Positions 21,710-36,093 are shown, counted from the whole stretch's first letter. The stretch is DNA of 57,647 nucleotides, filler included, from Sphacelaria rigidula (GCA_964200075.2; 8 parts of 8 records of this genome joined end to end with filler, not necessarily neighbours in it), one strand, 5' to 3'. The notes: generated by a model from the sequence alone, not told the origin. Translations and numbers: made by a program.

Positions 21710-24700
21710 GGGGGGGGGGAAGTCGTCTCGTGAGGATCAGATCTTGATACTGACTGACGCGCGCTCAAACGACACATTTCATAGATACAATATGGTACAT
21801 GTGTGACACGGCCTGCCTCGCTGAGTAGGACCCGAGTGTCTACATGTGTGCACGTCTTGTACACTGCACGTGTGCTGTGGTGCTCATTGTCAACATCCGA
21901 CTTCACGAGTGAGACATTGGTTTCGCGGTCTTTCGTCGGTTGCTCGCCTCTCAACCCTTCCGGGTATCGATTGGCGCCCAACCCGTGCTCATGCATGCGC
22001 ACCCAAGTTCTCAGTGTCTTGCGGCGCGCCAGGACAAACAGTAAGTACCCATGACAGCGCCGAAGGGTGTCACGTCTTTATGTTCTCTCCATGTCGAAAC
22101 TGACCCCTGTGTTATTATAGTTACGACATGAGATATGTCGGTGTATGGTATATGTTCGCATACTTAGAATTAGGACGAGAGTGTCTGCTCGGTGAAGTAC
22201 GGATTGGATCCGCTCCTTAATCCCAGCGAATGGGCAGAACTTGATCAACCGCCTACCAGCAATTGACACCCTTTCAGCCAATGCCCACAGGCGGATGACT
22301 ATCTTTCTCGAGGATACAGAGTCGGGTCTGTTACTCGTACCGTACGCTGGTTTTCAACCCACTAGCGTCTTCAAATCCTAGTCGTAACCACGCCTTCCTC
22401 AACTGGCTACATGGAAGGCGTGTTGCTGACAATCCCAGATGTCACGTTTCAAATCAAAGGCGCCAATTCCCACGGTGTCTGTCGCTTTAAAAGACATGAA
22501 CGTGGACACTGAGAAATACACGCGTTTGATAGATGCTCTTCATCGTCATCCTCTGGTCTTTTTATTTGGGAATTTTTCACTCCGACCAGAGGAGGGTGGA
22601 GACAAGAAAAAAAAAAGGTGTGATGAGCACCACACGTGGCGGGAAATAGCAGGACAGCAATCTATTCTAACAAAAAAATGCCTTATGGTTGTGACGTGTG
22701 ACCGTTACAAATGTAGGACCGTTACAAACGTGTTCAACATTCACCAGCAGCAAGAGCGACTTGCACCACATAGACATGACACCCGAACAGCTGTTGCTAT
22801 AGTCAGTGATTGTGCCTCAGTGTTTACAAGGTTCTTTGCTGCAGCGAAGTTGGCATGATGCAAGCGCGCGTTTTGCACCATCGCGGAGGGGGGGGGGGGG
22901 GGGGGGTCAAAAAAAACCGGCTTTGGGGGTGGATCTGTAAAACAGTTTTTTTTTTTTTTTTTGTTTGTTAGGGGTANNNNNNNNNNGGGGTGGATGTGGG
23001 CGTGGGTGGGGGGGGGGGGGGGTGGGCGGGGGGGGGGGGGGGGGGGGGGTTGGTTCAAAAACAGCCAGCTTTGAGCTATGATACGTACAACAGTTTTTAT
23101 TTTTAGTTTGTGCTCATAGGATCAAGAAATGAAGCACACCCATACATTCGTTAACTGAAAGCCATGGTCGGGTCGGGTCGGGCTATCGACGGTGGAGTGG
23201 GAAGTCATGTACCTCGTGATCATCAACGTGCGACCAACTTTGGGATGGCGGGTGTTGTTTGCGGTAGGTTGATGACTTTGGTCTCATGTGCTCGTCGTGT
23301 TGCGCGCTGTCTCCGTGAACTCAAGCTGGACACGATCAACACAGTGCAAAAAACAAAAATATCCATTAGTTGCGCCGCGTTCTTGTGGTATCCAGAATAT
23401 ATTCAAGGTGGGCCTTTTTCCGCGCAAGCCATTGCCCAAATCAGAGAAAAGTCCGCCCGCAGTAGGGCAGCTGATTGTCAACACGAAACACAAACGGAAG
23501 AGCTGAAATCGTGGGTTCGGTTCTCGTAACGGCAAGAGCATGATTCGCTCACGACGCCGTGTCCTCACAAGCGACACGCGAACACGCCGCGCCGAATGCA
23601 AAACGGTCGGTGTGCTGTACCTGCTGTGGTCATGTTCTATAACAGTAGAATATCAGAACACCGTACGTACGATACATTCACAGGTCGGTCTTTTAAATTA
23701 GTACGGTCCATTTTTTGTCTCTGGTAAAGCCCTCGAGACGCGAAACGAGGAATCGGAACAGTATCATTTGTTCATCTCCATCACCAGCAACCGCGACGAG
23801 GTGCCTGACGAAAAAAACTCCTCGTCTTCCCCACTCGAGCACCACCCTCAACTGCATCATGCCTACTGCGTGACTTCGTGGCCCCCGTTCCCCGTACTCC
23901 TCAAGGACCAAATCTCGCATACCTCTAGAGCTCCAACGAGAAGCTCATCCAAGGAGGTTTGAGGCCCGCCGAGACAACAGTTGTAATAACGGTATTCGTG
24001 TACAGTCTATACGATACTGCATAGCTTTACTGTCGCATTCGACTGTTTTCTCCGACGGTGCGTCAGACACCGGCAACTCAGACAGCCACCAGAGCTAACG
24101 CAGTGCGTACATGCTGCCAGCAGATCAAAACGGATGCTCAAGCACAGCTGGCGAAGCTTGCAAAAATTGTCCAGAACCCACAAGACAAGGCAAATCCATA
24201 AGATAACTTGGATCGAGACCTGAGAGGCTTTGGCGAATGCATGCAGGAACGTTTTCGGAACAGAGCAGTACAGCTGGACCACGACAGATGACAGAACAAG
24301 AGAAGAACGATGGCAAAGGCACCACGCCAGTACATGAATAACAGTGCGGTTGGTACGAATCAACTGACCCAACTTTACGTAGCAGTGCCTGCGGCGTCTT
24401 TCGGCGAACATGCTGGTGTCAGGAGAGATGCTGGAAATGGTGCGAATTAAAAAAAAACGTTCATCTGTGAAAGGGGAAATTCTTTACTGACTGCAATGTA
24501 TCTGATGCTTCATCAGCCGGGTCGGGGGAAGGGGGGGGGGGGGCACCAAGAGACCAGCATGTTCCAGATGCACATGGAGACATGGCGCCTTCCCTATATG
24601 ACCCAGCAATGTAGGCAAACAGTCGTTCATTCCCCCTGAAAAAAAGGAGGGATGTTGCAGAGGCAGGACGAAAAAAAACAGGACACGGGACTACTGTGCC

Positions 24701-27700
24701 AAAATAGGGACGTCGACACTGAAGTCACACTAGAGGTGCTGTTACAACAGTCAGTAGTACAACTACTGTACAGACAGTACAGCATCAAAGCTCAAAGTTC
24801 ACAAGACACGAGATGCTACAGTCGTCTGGACTAACCAGCCGCCGACGTAGCCCCTCGAATGTGCTAACAACAGAACTACAGTACTCAGTAGAGAGTATAT
24901 GGTAAATGGTCAACGCTGGTAAAAATCGGACGCGTCAAGCCGCCCACGAAATTGAACACATACAAAATTCAAATGTAAAGCATCTTATCCGTTTGAATTT
25001 TACGTGGCGGTTGTAACATTTGGGCGCGAACGCGCAAAAGCCTCAAGAAGTAGAAGCAAGGCTCTCCACCCACCCCGGCAACCGGCGCCTCAGCCGCACC
25101 TTAAAAATACCCCACACATACGCACAGCACCTCTTTCACATACCTTTCTGACGTTCCCATGCACTAGCGGGCAAAGATGAGCTACTGCCGTCCAAATGTT
25201 CCATATGCCCTAGGTTAACCAGCTGCCGCTCCTCGCTCGTGTTAAACTTCAAAATTCTTCACGCGGCAAAAACTACGCGCACCTGCCCCAACTGACGCTA
25301 GCTAGTTGCTGTTGAAACCGAGCGGAATAACGTGGTTCTTGGTGTAGGCACGACGGAAACCAAGAGAGATCACCGTGCAATCGAGATAGGTAAAGAGAGG
25401 GGGTGGAGATGAACGACTGTCAAGATGGATGTGAACTTCATGTAGGTGGGAGCTAATGTACCCGGCCATGATAAGGCATGTAGCAAAGTCACCACGATGC
25501 AACAACAGAACAAACACGACAGCCATAGTTACACTACAGGCAGTATTTACTGTTCAAAACTGATTTTACGGTTTTACGTTTACTAGTGATTTTTCTCGCT
25601 TGGTTGTGTTTGTTGGAGTTTATTTGTCGAGAAATTTTCATGAGGGATATCACGTTTTTGTAGGCAGTTTCACTGTTTCTCTTTGTCCGACCATATTGTA
25701 CCATGGAAGAATCAGGTTGTGGCGCAGAGTGGGCCAACTCCAGGAAAAAAAGAATGCGCTAGGGCCAATGAAGGGAGCGGTAGATAGTTCAGCCTATCTT
25801 GCCTTTGGAGTTACCAGCAAATACGCGGGTTTTGTGGCGCATGGTTGGGGGAGCACGCTGTACCTCTGTACACGGTTTAGCTACCGTTCACTTTCGAGTG
25901 CATGCATAAGCTCGACGTCATAAAACAGTTCACCTGCCAACCTCTCGCAGCAGACCTTCTGAACCCGCCCGCCCCCCCCACCTATATCCTGCCCTCCGTG
26001 CCCGTGTCCTAGCTCCAATACACCTCGCTTCGTGTTTGCACGTCTACAAACTGGGAGGGGTAGTCAAATCAACGGCATGAAAATGTACCGCGTACCCTAT
26101 ACACTATTAGACATAGTGGACTTCCGGGACTGAATCGCGTCGGGTTCGCCCGGTGCCCCACGGATTTGGGGGTATTCTGCCAGTAGTTTTTACTTACAGG
26201 TGTTTTTTATCACGGGAAGGGGTTCGTCAGTTGAGTTACTTCCTCGAGAGTGCCAAAATGTCTGCTGTTGGGAATTTGAAATATGTATAAGTGCAGCTAT
26301 ACAAAAATGTAAGGTGCGATTATTAATCGAAAAGTATAGCATTCAAATTCCGTGCGCGTATCTTATATTAATGTTGAAAGTTCAGTCCGTCCGAGATATT
26401 CCCTGCCGATCATAGTCTTTTATGGGCCTGTTTTAAACACAGGAGTGGGTAGCACCAAGTAATTATCTATATTTTTGCAAAGTTTTTGTTTCGTTTTTAT
26501 TTTTTATTGGCAGTTGAAGTGTGAAGTCTTTCCATGGATCGCGGGTCTGAAGCAATTTTAGTGACTAAAGAGACAATCTGCCAGCAACTCACAGCACATA
26601 CTTCAACTGTCAACGTCTGCGAAGCCAAAGCTAGACAGCATTGCTGTTGAAGGTGCGCTTGGGTATCAAATGGATGCTTCTACTTCTGAGTTATCGGAGC
26701 TCAATATTGATATTGTGCTTGGAGCGGGAGAAGGAGCCGCCGATATCAGTGGTGTCAGCGGCGTTGCTGCTCGCGTGGAACAGTTGGCACTCAACCGCCA
26801 TGATGAAACGGATGCTTTGATTGATACTGCGAAAGGTGAGAGAGGGTATTTCATACGATGAGCGACATTGCTGTTACTGCTACTGGCATGACTGTTGTGG
26901 GGAACGCTAGTTCTTCCTTTCTATGTCGGTGTGGGCGTGTAAGCGCGTGCGGAGCACAGAAACAGTCGCCGCTTGGCATGTTGCAGAACCGTTATACCAC
27001 GTATCCTGCTGTTATAATTAAAATCAGAACAATATACCTCGTTGGCAGGCACCTGCCCGTCCTCGGCTGCACAGATGACACGATGGAGCAACGAAGCCGT
27101 TCCGGACACTGGCTGAGTTCCACATTCTCCCGCAGACATATTCTACTTGTTGATATACTGTATCGCTGCTGCACCGGCATACGATAGGCTTAACCTGCGA
27201 GATTACCCGATATGTGCTGCTCGTGTCGATGTGCTGTTTTCAGAGATTTTTTCCCTCTCAAGTTGAACCGGGAAGTGGTTCGTGCAACTTCATCTTTGCG
27301 TGTTCCGCGTTCCTCATGTATCGACCCTTGCACCATAATAGTAGTGCCATGCTGCCGGCGCCCCGCGCCCTTCCATCGTGAGCATAGGGTTTCAAGATAT
27401 TAACTTGTGTTTCCATCTCATGATACTAAACACTCAGGCGTTATCCTTGTATTATTTCATTCATTTGATATATTGTAAGTTGCGGCATCATTCGAGAACG
27501 AGCTCCGATTGGGGTAACAGTTGCGGTACAGCACAGACAACGCAGTGCATGGACCACCCCAGATTTCGGGTACCGGCGTGAGGTCTGTTTGAAGCACTAC
27601 AGATAACATGGCGTAGTTATTCAAACACAAATTGACCGACTCCCTGCAGTTTTGTCTTGATTATTGGAACAGCTGTCTCTTTTTTCCAGCGCCTGAGCCG

Positions 27701-28102
27701 TGTGTATCCGATTATGCATAATCCGTACTTTTCCGTCATCTGTTCGTTACCCACGACAGCTGCATGTTCTACCGATTCGTCGCGATCCACAAACCTCAGA
27801 TCCCGCTACACCCTGGTCCTCCTCCACATATATTTGTTCAACCAACGGGCATTTATGCGAATTACATGACCAGATGATCGACCATGAAGTTCGAATCTGA
27901 TGCAAGGCATCCATCCCCAAGACTGGTAATACGGTAGTTGTAGTATAATACGGAGTAGTGGTCATCGTTGCTCGACGAAAGTACGTTCGCGGCACCGAAC
28001 GTTCTCCCCTTGGCGGACGATGATGATTCTATGCTGTCTATGGTGTACACTCCGCACACCGCACACACGCATCGACCAAAGCGAGCCCATCCGCCCGACT
28101 TC

Positions 28103-28517
28103 GGTACAGACACTACGAGGCACGCTCCTGGCGCTTTTTTCGTCAAGAAACCAATGGTTGACACGTCTTCGTTTTTTGTTGAACCGCAACCCTAGCCGTA
28201 ACCCAGAACCCGACCCGAACTAGCAGAGAAGCCTCGGGCGACGGGGATGTACAGCAGAGTTGCCCACCCTGTGCTACAAATGTTCGTGGCTAATATTACT
28301 TGATTTGAGTGTGTACAACGAGAATCGAATGTTTATGTAGTATGGCTGACAGTCCCCTCGCGTGCGCAGAACGCGTTTTCGTTTGTCAAGGCCGCACTTT
28401 CCCTATAGGGATGCTATGTACCGCCCTTGCCCGAGGGTTCTCAGTATACATTGGGTTGGGGTTAGGGGTAGGGGTAGCGATACCTGTAAAATTGTTTCAA
28501 CCGTGGACATCTGTACC
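28103..28517. mobile_element. Old inverted-repeat element with degenerate telomere-like hexamers in both arms
   Basis: Termini GGTACAGA...TCTGTACC. Left arm AACCCTAGCCGTAACCCAGAACCC...CCTCGGGCG mirrors right arm TGCCCGAGG...TTGGGTTGGGGTTAGGGGTAGGGG. No TSD seen. Confidence 0.45.
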
Positions 28518-28713
28518 CCAACGCCCCTAAACTAGCCTCGGGATGCATGGGGGCTCACTCACCACTGCAGGCCAAGTGTGCGTTGGCGGAGCTCGAAATC
28601 AATGACTGTGTGCGCCGCGCGCCGTTGAGCAAAACAACGATCGATCTCGCGTAACTGTAAAACTGTTCTACTCGGTACGGCACAGTCAGTATTTGTCCCG
28701 CTTTTGGGGCGGG

Positions 28714-28775
28714 GTGTACTCATGATCATGCATGCCATAGTCATAAGACCATTGACCTCGCATCCTTACAAAGCC
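28714..28775 (-). mobile_element. LINE family 2 3' end at contig end
   Basis: GGGGCGGGG-TGTACTCATGATCATGCATGCCATAGTCA, near-identical to 3434. Confidence 0.75.
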
Positions 28776-31559
28776 NNNNNNNNNNNNNNNNNNNNNNNNN
28801 NNNNNNNNNNNNNNNNNNNTTAATTAATTAANNNNNNNNNNNNNNNNNNNNNNNNNNNNNNNNNNNNNNNNNNNNTTAACCTTTAGCCCGCGAGATTAGT
28901 CTTTCTGGATCATGCATACTTTTTTTCACTTGGAATTGATGTCGATTCAACAGAAGACTACTCTCGCTGTTCAAGGGTTAAGATGAGCTCTTCTTTTTCA
29001 AAGCTCAAGGCGAGCTTAAGATTTCTGACAAGCTTATTACGTGCTCGAAACGAGCATAATGTTGCGATAAACTTGGATGAGCCGTCTCCGGCCATTGCAG
29101 CAGCTGTCTGAAAGTACCCCCTATCGCCTATGGCGTGACTCGTCATCCGTCACCCGACAGGCTTCAATACTCTAAACTGCCATGGTTGCGAGTCTGATCC
29201 GGAAACCCTCAATGATCGAAGACAAGTTGTATCATCCAATGAAACACAATTAGTCAAACCTCTAATATCCAAATTGTCGTCCTCTCCTAGTGCTAAAAGG
29301 CTCGCTTCGTGAGGGGATACTGCAACAACGCCACAACAAGGACGCGAAGTAGGGGCATAAAGTACGCATATTTCCTCTGGAAAAGGCTTGAAAGAGGCCT
29401 TAAAATAAGGTGGCAAAGCATATATGTATTAGAAAATGAGCATGAAAAAAAAACACGCGTACGAAGCTAAATAAAGCCTACTTGGAATTCGCAATTTCGA
29501 TCTCGGGACGATTTGATGGGCGCTGATTGGCCGAAGTACCTTTTTGCCCTTAGCGCCACCATTATAGCCTTGAACGAAAATCCGGTTGTGTCACGCTCTC
29601 CAGCTGTCGATGGCGGTCAGTATGATATGGCGTATGCGACTATTGGGTAGGTATTGCGAAAGACATTTCCTGATGACACAATTTTGGGTGATGAGCGTGA
29701 GCCAGCCTGTAGACTCCGCCGATTCCTCACTGAAGGGCCTCTGCTTGGTTGAATTTCCCAGCTCACTACAAAAATCTACCCCCACTTATGGGCGTTGTGC
29801 CTAGTTTTCGGCCGGACGAGTGACTTCTCAAAACTGGTGAAAAATAACCCGTGTGTTCCTCGCAGGTTGTGGTCAAGTCATGTGAGTGGCCTAAAGCCGA
29901 ACTGGGCGCATGAAGAAAGTTTGAGATTGGAAAGTGCGCGAGACTCCCCTCGGAGCGGACATACAGTAGTGGGCGGTCCGACTCTTCATGTTGTGGCGTT
30001 TTGTGATTTTTTCGTAATTGGCGACCCTCTTGGGCTCCTCTTGCTTGCCACCGCTGATCACATTGGTGATCTGCAAAGTGTATCGTTTCCGCTCCACATT
30101 CCAAGAAGAAAAAAAAGCTGCATTCAGAGCCTGTCCCGATCATATTTGTGAAGAAATGTACCGTTTTACTCTTTGGAAATTATATCTACTCATTGCACCA
30201 GAGCCGAAAAACTGTTTTTCACGGTAAAGAACACCCTCCTGATGAACGGATTATATATTTGTATCGCCCGATAACACCAAAGAACACTGACCTAGGCATT
30301 GTGTTTCGGGGATGATCTGTTTATCGTACCGAAATCTACCGACGCCAGCAGTTTCGAGTTTTATCAAAGAGTAGTTATTATTATGTAGTACGCGAGGAAA
30401 ACCCCAAAACACCCCCGGATAGTTCGGCCGCCCACCACTGTATATTTTTTTTCAAAGTGGCAAAATCAACCACGAACTGTATTTGGGCGGAACTTGTAAG
30501 TCGCCAGAAAAGTGGAGAATTTCTTGTTCAGTACTCTTGTAGCATAACGAGCGGCCCGAGCACGGTAAATCTTTTTGGCGTTGGATCCAACGAGAACTCA
30601 AAATACATGATGTTTTAGTGGACACATCGGAGTGAAAACAACACCACGGGTGAGCGAGCATGCACAGATACACATGCTAGCTTCAATCTCGGATATGCGA
30701 GTTTTGATGCTGCTATCCTCCGCCACCCCACCATCCCAACATCAACACCCTCAGCCGCAGTCGGTCTGTCAAAAACTATTCCAAATCCCTCCCCTCAAGA
30801 CAGAGGCCCATTTTGCGTCCACCAGGGGTCCAGGTAATCATTCAAGGGACCCACTCTCCCGCCACCCACAAAAATAAAAACAAAAATACAAAAACGAAGC
30901 TGACACGATGTTTGTCCGCTCGTCCAGACACCAGCCTCGACGACGAGTACACCAGTGCCAGTGGCCCATTCGCGTCGCTGTATCGCGAGGGCGAGCGGTT
31001 ACCGGGTTACTGGTTACTCGATATGGCTGCGCGGTTGTTGCTGCTGTGCTCCGTACTTGACGCGGCCACCACTAGCTGAAAACGGGCCGAGTTTGTTGTT
31101 CTTCTTTCATTGGATTATCGTCCGGATTATCATCCTCCAAATATGAGTCACGACTCTGCCCCGAATTCTCGCGTATGTTTTGCTGTCACCAGCCCCGCTC
31201 GTCTATTGAACAAAAAAAACTCATCAAGGGAAAAGTTCACCCTTGTGGCACCCAGAAAAACAGCAGACGTCACGCCGGCCAGAACCAAAATCGCTGACCT
31301 TCACAAGGTAGCTGGTTTGGTGTTCGTACGATGATACCCTCCGTCACCCCAATTACGATCTTGTATGATGGCGGCGAGACCTGGAAGTGGAGAATCTCGG
31401 GTCTGTTTGACAGTCACTGCTGTGCGTGCTACGTGTCCGTTACCATCATGCTGTAGAAAGCTTGAAGAGGACAGGAGTAAGATGGGTGCACGTAAGAAGC
31501 GCTGATTTCTGAGGCACGGGTCATGGTGTCCTTCCTTCAAGCAGCGAAAGTGCTATGGG

Positions 31560-33130
31560 CCTTGCTGTTCTCAGATAATGTTGTTGACGATAAGCAGCCC
31601 GCCCGTGAATGAGTCCGTCCATCTCGTGAAAACGGCAGGATTTGTAGTGGATCAGTTCATGCGCCCTGAGATTAATCACTCAATCGAGATCAATCATTTT
31701 GTGCATGCTGGCATTACTGTTCCACTACTGTGGTGTACGCACGTGCATGTTGTCCGTGAAGACGGCCATTCTAGTTTTTTCGGGGTAGAACCCGATCAGT
31801 CTTGGATGGCATGAAAGAAACGGCGGCATGCCATGATTGTCGACGGCAGACAAGGAAAGGAACCACAGTCCGCAAGGAGTAGTACACAAGTATGCTTCCG
31901 ACAAGTTATTCCCGGTGTGTGCACAGCTCTTTCCACTGTTTGTCGTACGCGTCATGAAGCGTGATGGGATATCCACAAGGCAGCCTTATCGGAGGGCAGC
32001 ACTAGACAACTGGCTTTATAACCTCAACGCCACCGCCAGTAAAAGTTCAGCACCAGTATCATCGTGTGTTGACGTGTCGATTGTAGCAACCTAACGTGTG
32101 TACTGTGCTCTGCAGATGATTTTGTACTCTGAAGATTTGCAAGGGCTAATAACACTCACGGAAAAGAACAATCATACAGTACAGTCGTACCCACGGTGTT
32201 TTGTGTACCGTTTTCTGTAGGGTGGTCGGGCGTAGACTCGGCCGAGCTGTACTGGTCGAAACGCAGGTTTGTAGCACAGATGACTGACGAAGAACATATA
32301 TCGTGGCAAAACACCCCGCTTCGTTGGACGACAACACATATAATGTCCTCAACGGGTGTTGAAGCAGAAAATCACCACAACTGCGCCAGCTTGTTCGTGT
32401 TTGGCAGGTCAGTCTTTGCACTGCAAAATCACGAAAAAAAACGAGAAAAAAAAACCTCATTATCCCGCACAGCCGCCGTTTGGTTAAAGAATTCATCTCC
32501 GTGTACCCGCAAACGAGGAGATAGCTCCCCACGAGGCTTCACGCTCTAGAGTTTAGGATGCCAACATCGAGCATGCCGTAGGTTGTGGACCCTTGCGCAT
32601 GACTGTGTTGGAGGGTATCATCCAAACCTTTCACAGAAAACCTTACACTCTGCTGTCCCGAGGTGTGATGTGATCGACGAACATACGAGACAGGACGACC
32701 TGACACGAAAGTTGCGTAGAAGCACGCACAGAGGCAGAGGGAGCTTGTGGCGCCAGCCAGCTCGTGGTACAAGAGAGAATTGAAAATTGAAACATATTAA
32801 AATTACAGCATGAAGTCCCTGCTCTCGGGTACCACAAGCAAATAATTGCTTCCTGCGCTCTCCTGATGTTCTACCCCGACATTTCCTTCCCACAGAGAAT
32901 TAATTGATGCAGAATGCACATGTACCAGAGAACAGTGCCTGCATGTGCGGCACAAGATCAATGCTGGCACGATGTACTGTCTTGTGGAGTGAACAACCGG
33001 GACGCGACGGAGATGCCGGATCGCGCGGGCAGACAGAGCGGGCATTTTGGCTCTGGGAGAAAGAGTTCCAATTTTTGACGCCTTGCTTGTTGGACACAGG
33101 TTTTACGCCCGAAAGCTGCCGCTGCACTTT
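31560..33130 (-). pseudogene. Possible decayed KDZ-type (Kyakuja/Dileera/Zisupton-like) transposase
   Basis: Ordered minus-strand motifs across frameshifts: LFLPEPKCPLC...CRTC (Cys cluster), then CYNRH..TFTGGG..LPCG..ILVY..AVFTDNMH..TTVVEQ. This resembles KDZ C.K..TGG..CPHG..VVYD..D.FH..NTS..EQ. Many stops. Confidence 0.35.
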
Positions 33131-34957
33131 GCGTCCACCGCATGCAGAATAGACATATGATCTCGATACTGCACAACTGAAGGGAAAAAAATACTTCTCT
33201 CATGGGAGAGCCAGTCCTACGCGTCGAGACATATATATACGATAGCCCAGTTGTGAAGCCTTACAACTCACTGGAGCTGGATACAAATATCCAAGAGTGC
33301 ATCTAATCAAACAAAGCAGATACAGTGCATAAACCAACAGAAGTGTAGTACACCGCACAAGCGTTGTAGTACAGACTATACAACAGCTGCACCTTTCACG
33401 GGACCAGTGCCCGAAAGTATGCGGCACAAACGGGGCTACAGCTGTAGCAGTACAAGGGTGGGACAAGAGAACGTCGGAGAGGTACAGACCATGTGACCTT
33501 CCCTACTGCTCCGGAGCGGGGAACGAACTCGCCAGCATACAGCCGTACAGACACCAGATTATTCATTTTCAATTGAGCTAACACCCATTAGTGACATAGG
33601 GGTAGCATGAAGGAAAGGATAGGATATGGGACAGCACGGCAGGATGACGACCAGGGGCCAGGGTGTTCACAGTTCACAGTAGTACCCATTTATGGAGGGT
33701 ACAACAGTTAGTAACAAATCCGCCGAACTGTTATCGACTAGTACCAAGTGTCGCCTCGAAATTATCTCACCCGCCCCTTTCCGCCTCCTCCACTCCCCCG
33801 CCGTGAGCATGAGGCTGTACAAGTTTGCCCCCTACAATATAATGACCGTTCAAACAGATGTGTCGACCTGATCATACCTCCAGCTCATCGACTTGGGATG
33901 CCCTCCTAGTAAAGGCTCGTTCATGATGTCGTTGCTCCATCATTATTGCTCCGTTTCTTTCTCAAGTGATGATACCGCGTTTCACCTCAGCACCCTGTTT
34001 CTTCTTGGTCCTTCGAACTTGATGTGTCGTGCTACCGGCGATATACTACACCTCCTCCCCTCTCCTGTTTTTGTGGTGCCTTCCTTCTCTGCTGCGCCAC
34101 TCCTGTAGTCCCAGTATACTACTTGCCCCTCGTCCGCTGTTTCAATCTTGTCAAGGTGCTAGCCGCCTCGATCAAGACGCTGTTTGCGGTCGGAGAGTTT
34201 GACCGTGACCTTTTCCGCTGATATACAGTCTCCTCCCTCGTCCGCACCAAGCAAAAAGACACACCTCTGAAACAGGACCACGATCAGTGCTCTCCAAAGC
34301 ACAAGATGCCCTGTGTCTGAGTTTATATTCAGTTCGACTGCACAAGAGACTTGCGGTAGTGTGCAGTAGTGGCCGTCTATGGACTGGCACTGGTACAATA
34401 GAGTACACTGAACTCGGTCTGGTGTCAGGTGATCGCGTACGAAGTGATCACTTTTTTAATGCCGATGATAATGACAACATAAATGGGAGATGACCCTGTC
34501 TGAAATGGAATATGCGGGAGATGCCTGTTCGCCTGCGTGAAAATGTAACTGTAAAAAGGGCGGCTGTTGTTTGGTTTTCGTTTGTATATTTCCATTATTT
34601 TCTATTATTGTTATTGTCCTTCCTTGTCCAAAAAAACAAACCATCCAACCATCCATCCTCAATCAACCTTTAATTAATTAATGAATTACTTTCTGATTCC
34701 CCACCGAAAATCGAAAATGAAATGAATGTACGACCCAGTTGAACATGCATTATTATCCTGAAAAAAATATAAGGCCAATAATTATGAAAGTCTTTATTTA
34801 AGCGAATGAATATTTGCGCCGATTCTTGGAGTTTAAGACTCTTCTGAGAATCTGCTGGTAATCTGTGTGTGGGAGGTTGGCTCGTGATGCGGGCTTCGCC
34901 CACTAATTTAATAAAGCAGATTCTGTCCCGGTACATCTTCGATTCGCCCACATAATA

Positions 34958-35094
34958 TTACAGTTTCGGAAAACGCTTTTTTGTCATTTCAGAGTGCAAA
35001 TATCTCTGGATCAAAATAATTTTTCGTTACACTCATAATATTCTGAGATATTTGCACTCTGAAGTGACAGAAAAGCGTTCTCCGAAACTCTCTA
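34958..35094. mobile_element. MITE family with ~55-bp TIRs (TAGAGAGTTTCGGAAAACGC...); also 46804-47114, 48123-48355, 48788-48988
   Basis: Four copies share AGTTTCGGAAAACGCTTTTTTGTCATTTCAGAGTGCAAATATCTC and its reverse complement. The terminal TA may be a TA TSD. Confidence 0.85.
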
Positions 35095-36093
35095 TCAGCT
35101 CTCTATTATACATAAATATATATATATATTACATATGTACGATGGGACATTACAAAAAAATGCATGCTTATTTTTGGCGGTGATCGGGGATCCTAGGGTC
35201 CCGGGGACTTGCGCGCCCTTCTGGGACCCCCGATAAGCGGGGGAAACCAAACTTTACAAGCCATCCATGTCAAGTTTCGTCATGATACCGCAAGCCATTA
35301 TATAGCTCACCACTACTACAACAACAACAGTCAGTACCCACGCATTTCTTTTTTGGAGACGGAGCAGCACCGTTCCTACTGAGACATACCTTCAACATTC
35401 CGGCGCTCGTCGACATTTCTTCTGTACGTTACTGTATGTAGTACTATTCGAAGCATATGGAAATTGGATCAACCTAAAAAACGAATTGAACTCTTTGACC
35501 GCGAGGGTAAGTCACCAGCGGAATCGATATCAATTGTGAAAAAGTACGCGTGATCCAAAAAATGGACTACCCGCATATACCGCGGCCTAAGGGTCAAGCT
35601 CTCAAGGAAATAAATATGTCATCGACACAGACGAGTTGGGCCGTGATCCGCATCCTTCTCTATTATACGTATACATCTATCATTTTAATCGTTTAATCAA
35701 CAAGGGGAAGGTGCCCATCTACTCAAAAATCTGGGCCAATAATTTCTCGTTTATTGAACCCCATGTCTAGTAATTCCTACACGGTACGGAGATGGTGTCG
35801 ACACTAGAATCTGTATGAAACCCCGGACGATACGCCAAGCGGATGATGACGATTTTTTTTTGTGTATAGACTAATAATATGTCTTATGTGGACATTCCCT
35901 GAATCACTGGGAGACGATAGATACCTTCACCTTCAAACAGCCGATCATCTATGTTGTTGAGGATGGTGCTTTTCATTGAGGATGAGAACCCGGNNNNNNN
36001 NNNNNNNNNNNNNNNNNNNNNNNNNNNNNNNNNNNNNTTAATTAATTAANNNNNNNNNNNNNNNNNNNNNNNNNNNNNNNNNNNNNNNNNNNN

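Noticed and set aside
21720..22430. CRE-like retrotransposon C-terminal relics (also ~4400-4600, ~43800-44190)
   Set aside because: Faint peptide resemblance across several frameshifts; cannot be supported without a profile search.
29591..30097. Pogo/CENP-B-like helix-turn-helix relic (RKRYT..., STGWL)
   Set aside because: Only two short motifs with no DDE region; too weak to call.
34670..34681. TTAATTAATTAA as another contig spacer
   Set aside because: Not flanked by Ns and off the 7.1-kb periodicity; native AT-rich sequence.
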